Shown piece after piece: positions 60,792 to 64,000 of a stretch of DNA of 64,000 nt. Both the position numbers and the translations under genes were made by a program. The number at the start of each line of letters is the position of its first letter. Within the stretch, counting starts at the first letter, position 1. Source of the DNA: Dimorphilus gyrociliatus (taxonomy: Eukaryota > Animalia > Annelida); NCBI GenBank assembly GCA_904063045.1, contig CAJFCJ010000005.1, positions 1,999,988 to 2,063,987 on the forward strand, in the 5' to 3' direction. A model generated the notes under the pieces. It was given only the letters and a program-made list of their open reading frames with translations, had not been told where the DNA came from and made no database searches.

Positions 60792-63374
60792 ATGCGAAGC
60801 AGCTTAAAGGTTGCCGGCTTCCTCGTTACGTTTGCCGTTGGCGTACTATCCAACGTCTTGAGATATAAGGTGACGGAAAATGCGACAGCCGGTTACCTAC
60901 TAACGAAAGACCTTAGAAAAGATCTGGATTTGCCAAGTAAACTGGTACGATTTATCCTGCATAATAGCCAAGAACACGACGACTTGTACATAGACAACGT
61001 CGAACTTAGATTAAAGGAGCCGATTGATAGAGACAAGAGATGCCCTAATAAGGCTAATTGCAAACTAAGTTCTCTTTTAAGTTATTCCGAAATAGATCCA
61101 AGCAGGAATATTGCTAACGGGAAGGAAGAATGGAGCCAGATAGAAGTCGAATTGTTAGACATTAATGACAATCGACCGGAATTCAATAAATCACTCTTAA
61201 AGCTTAATATAAGTGAGAATATATCCATTAATTCCAGTATTGAACTAATCGAGGCTAAAGATAATGACTCGCCGCAATTTTCAATAAGGTCATATAATAT
61301 GACTCCAAGCTATAGTGAATACTTTGATTTAATATACGAAAATGGAAAGATACCGCAATTAAGGGTGAAGAAGATTTTGGATAGGGATAACTCGAATATT
61401 GTCTGGAATTTCACCTTTTACCTTACGGCTACGGATGGCCGCAACTGGGCTAGATGTAAAGTTAATATCATAGTTCAGGATGAAAATGATGAGAAGCCAG
61501 TATTTGAACAAAGCTCCTATACCGTAGAAGTTCGAGAAGAGACGAGCGTCAACTCTAGTATTTATCGTGTCAAGGCGTTTGACAATGACGCCGGACCTTT
61601 AAACTCGCTGATTACCTATAGTCTGCACGGAGATTCGGATTCTACATTTGATATTGACAAGAAGAGTGGTAAGATTAGTTTGAAGAAGAAACTAGATTTT
61701 GAAGTGAAAGAGAAGTACGAGTTAATTATTGCAGCTTCAGATTCGGGCGAAAAGAGAAAAACAGCAAAATCTAATTTACTTGTTAAAGTTTTAAATGTTG
61801 ATGACGAACCGCCGGAAATATACGTGAATCGTGAATCTCTTAGGCCTATTGTTGAGGGTGTTCAAAAAAGGACTTTCGTCTTTTATATACGCTTAGATGA
61901 TGTTGATTCACCAAAAAATTCAAGTAGTCGCTGCCGCGTAAACGATACGCGTTTGGAAGTTTCTAAAGTGCCCGAATATCCTTATCTTCATCAAGTTGAC
62001 TCCGTGGCCGAGTTTGACAGGGAGGCCACACCCTTCGTTAGCTTGTCACTCATTTGCAGCGACGTCGCAAATAACAAGGCGACGCATGCAATTAGCGTCG
62101 ATGTGCTCGACGTCAACGATTGTTCTCCGAAATTCGAGAAAGATTTCTATAAGAAAACTATCGACGAATCTATTCCGATTGGAATGACCATTCTAACCGT
62201 CAAAGCAATTGATAAGGACGAGGGAGAAAATGGTACTGTAAACTACCGACTAACTGGCGAGGGCTCGCATTACTTTTCGATCGATAAGAGCGGACGAATA
62301 ATGACTAGAGAAAAATTTGACGTCGATCACGCTAATCAGCGTAATTTAGGTGTTGATCCGTCATCAAATTCTCTGACATTGAGTATTGTAGCGGCCGATA
62401 ATGGAAAACCGTCAAGAAATTCAAGTGTCGACCTACATATTCGAATTATCGACGTAGACGACAATCCAGTCGTATTCGATTCCAGTTCTTACGTGTTTCG
62501 AATTCAAGAAAATTTCCTTCCTAATAAAGTTCCTCTTGGCCAAGTTAAAGCTAGCGATGCCGATCAAACGTTTAATAAATTTAAGTACACAATGAAGACA
62601 AGAGAACTAGAAAACTTATTCTTTGTCGATAGCAAAAGTGGAGAAATAGAGTTGATTAAGAAATTGGATAGAGAAAAATCTGAGAGTTACGTTTTAGTTA
62701 TTCTGGCTGAATCATTAGACGGTCCGTCAACAGCTACAACGACCGTAACTGTGAAAGTGTTGGATACTAATGACAATGCTCCAGAGTTTCTTTTTCCTCC
62801 AATTGATCATTATAGAATGAAAGTTTTTTCAAGCACCGAGATAGGAACAAAGATAACTAGATTGGAAGCGGAAGATATTGACGGAGAAGAAAACTTCCCA
62901 TTAATATTCGAGGCTGTTAGCCAATCCCCCTTTTTCGAAATCACTCACGACGGCTACATAACTGTTAAGGAATCATTAAGCAACCTGATAAACGAAACTG
63001 TAGAATTAAGACTGACGGTTAGAGATTCCGGCACCCCACGACTCCGGTCGAATAGGACGCTGGAACTATCGATAATCGAACGTAACGCTCTACCGTCTCA
63101 ACTCGATCAAAGCTCGAAAAGGAATTTAATAATAGTCATTTGCGTCGCCTCTCTGTCAACAGTCGTCATCATCTTCCTTCTCGCAGCCATACTCAACTTA
63201 CTTAAAAGACGCCGTCATCGCGGAACGCCTAAATTCGATGCGGTACTCAGCATACGTGATAACGACGAGAATAGAGGATTAGGATCGTGTATAATCCATC
63301 AATATCCTAATAGACTGAATCACGATTCATTCTCTACGGATAGTCATCATTCCAACGATGGATTCTTATCGAAG
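60792..63374 (+). CDS. Protocadherin 2 of the tandem pair: large exon with 7 cadherin repeats and TM; 3' exon(s) not found in the window (partial)
   Basis: Acceptor TTTCCGCAG at 60752, ATG 60792 (MRSSLKVAGFLVTFAVGVLS), linkers DINDNRPEF, DENDEKPVF, NVDDEPP, DVNDCSPKF, DVDDNP, DTNDNAPEF, TM LIIVICVASLSTVVIIFLLAAILNLL, donor AAG|GTAAGA at 63374/63375 (phase 0). Confidence 0.93.
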
Positions 63375-64000
63375 GTAAGACTTAAATTCCTGTGAGACAC
63401 ACACAGCTGTGTGCGTATACTAGTATGTTGAAATCCTTCCAAAGAGGGTAGGCGAGAGGGGTTTTATGTAGAACATGTCCGATTGATCCGATAATATCCT
63501 GTGCCCTATCGAACGCCTGTTTTAACAAAAAACTCCGTTCATCAATCCCCGATAAAGAAACGTTTCCGATCGGAAATAGAAGTCAGATTAGATGATGAGC
63601 CTGACTTTTGTCTTATTAAATCTATAACTTCGGCGTTGCTTTGTTCTTTCAAAAGAGTTAGGAGAGAATTGGATATCGCGTACTTTTTTCTTTCTGTATG
63701 AAAAATGCTTTAGGCCAATAACATAAAAGGGCAACAAGGAGAGAGATCTGCTGTGTCAATATTTCTAAGCCTATATACGGCAGCTTAATGAGCTCTTTTA
63801 ACGCAACTAGCGTGTCAAATAGGCTGACGTCATCCGTTGCGTAACTTCTAAAACGTTCAAGCTGATTGACAACTAGTAGGAGTGAAGTAAAATCAAAAAA
63901 ACGAAGAAAAACCGGCAGGGGAAAAAGAGTTGAACGCGTGCTGGTAATTAATCGAAGTCGATTGTAACAAAGCCCCCCTCCTAATACGTCTGTTTGAAGA

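Noticed and set aside
63501-63701. 66-aa ORF after the protocadherin 2 donor as a possible tail exon
   Set aside because: No convincing phase-0 acceptor or protocadherin tail motif; TTG start only
1-64000. CRISPR arrays, rRNA, transposase or reverse-transcriptase ORFs, terminal inverted repeats, telomeric repeats
   Set aside because: None seen; the window is intron-containing eukaryotic DNA and all long ORFs are explained by host genes

Overview
AT-rich eukaryotic (bilaterian, most likely lophotrochozoan) genomic DNA with spliceosomal introns; many introns are only ~60-90 nt, suggesting a compact genome. The taxon is inference only; a miniaturised annelid such as Dimorphilus would fit. Gene models were rebuilt by hand from GT-AG junctions and reading-frame phase. 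Left third: an EML/EMAP microtubule protein (minus, ~797 aa, several candidate cassette micro-exons), a KIF21-type kinesin-4 with C-terminal WD40 (minus, 1479 aa) and a divergent 14-exon ionotropic glutamate receptor-like gene (plus, 927 aa). Middle: hunchback (8 zinc fingers) with a candidate first coding exon 8.6 kb upstream and a let-7 seed site downstream of its stop, then two intronless paralogous single-pass membrane proteins resembling tyrosine-motif transmembrane adaptors. Right third: two tandem 7-EC protocadherins, each with the ectodomain and TM in one large exon. The strongest non-coding signal is a recurrent YAG(A/G)(T/G)GGCG CTCF-type motif (11 copies seen by eye) whose positions and orientations partition the locus. 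No tRNA, rRNA, CRISPR array or autonomous mobile element was supported.
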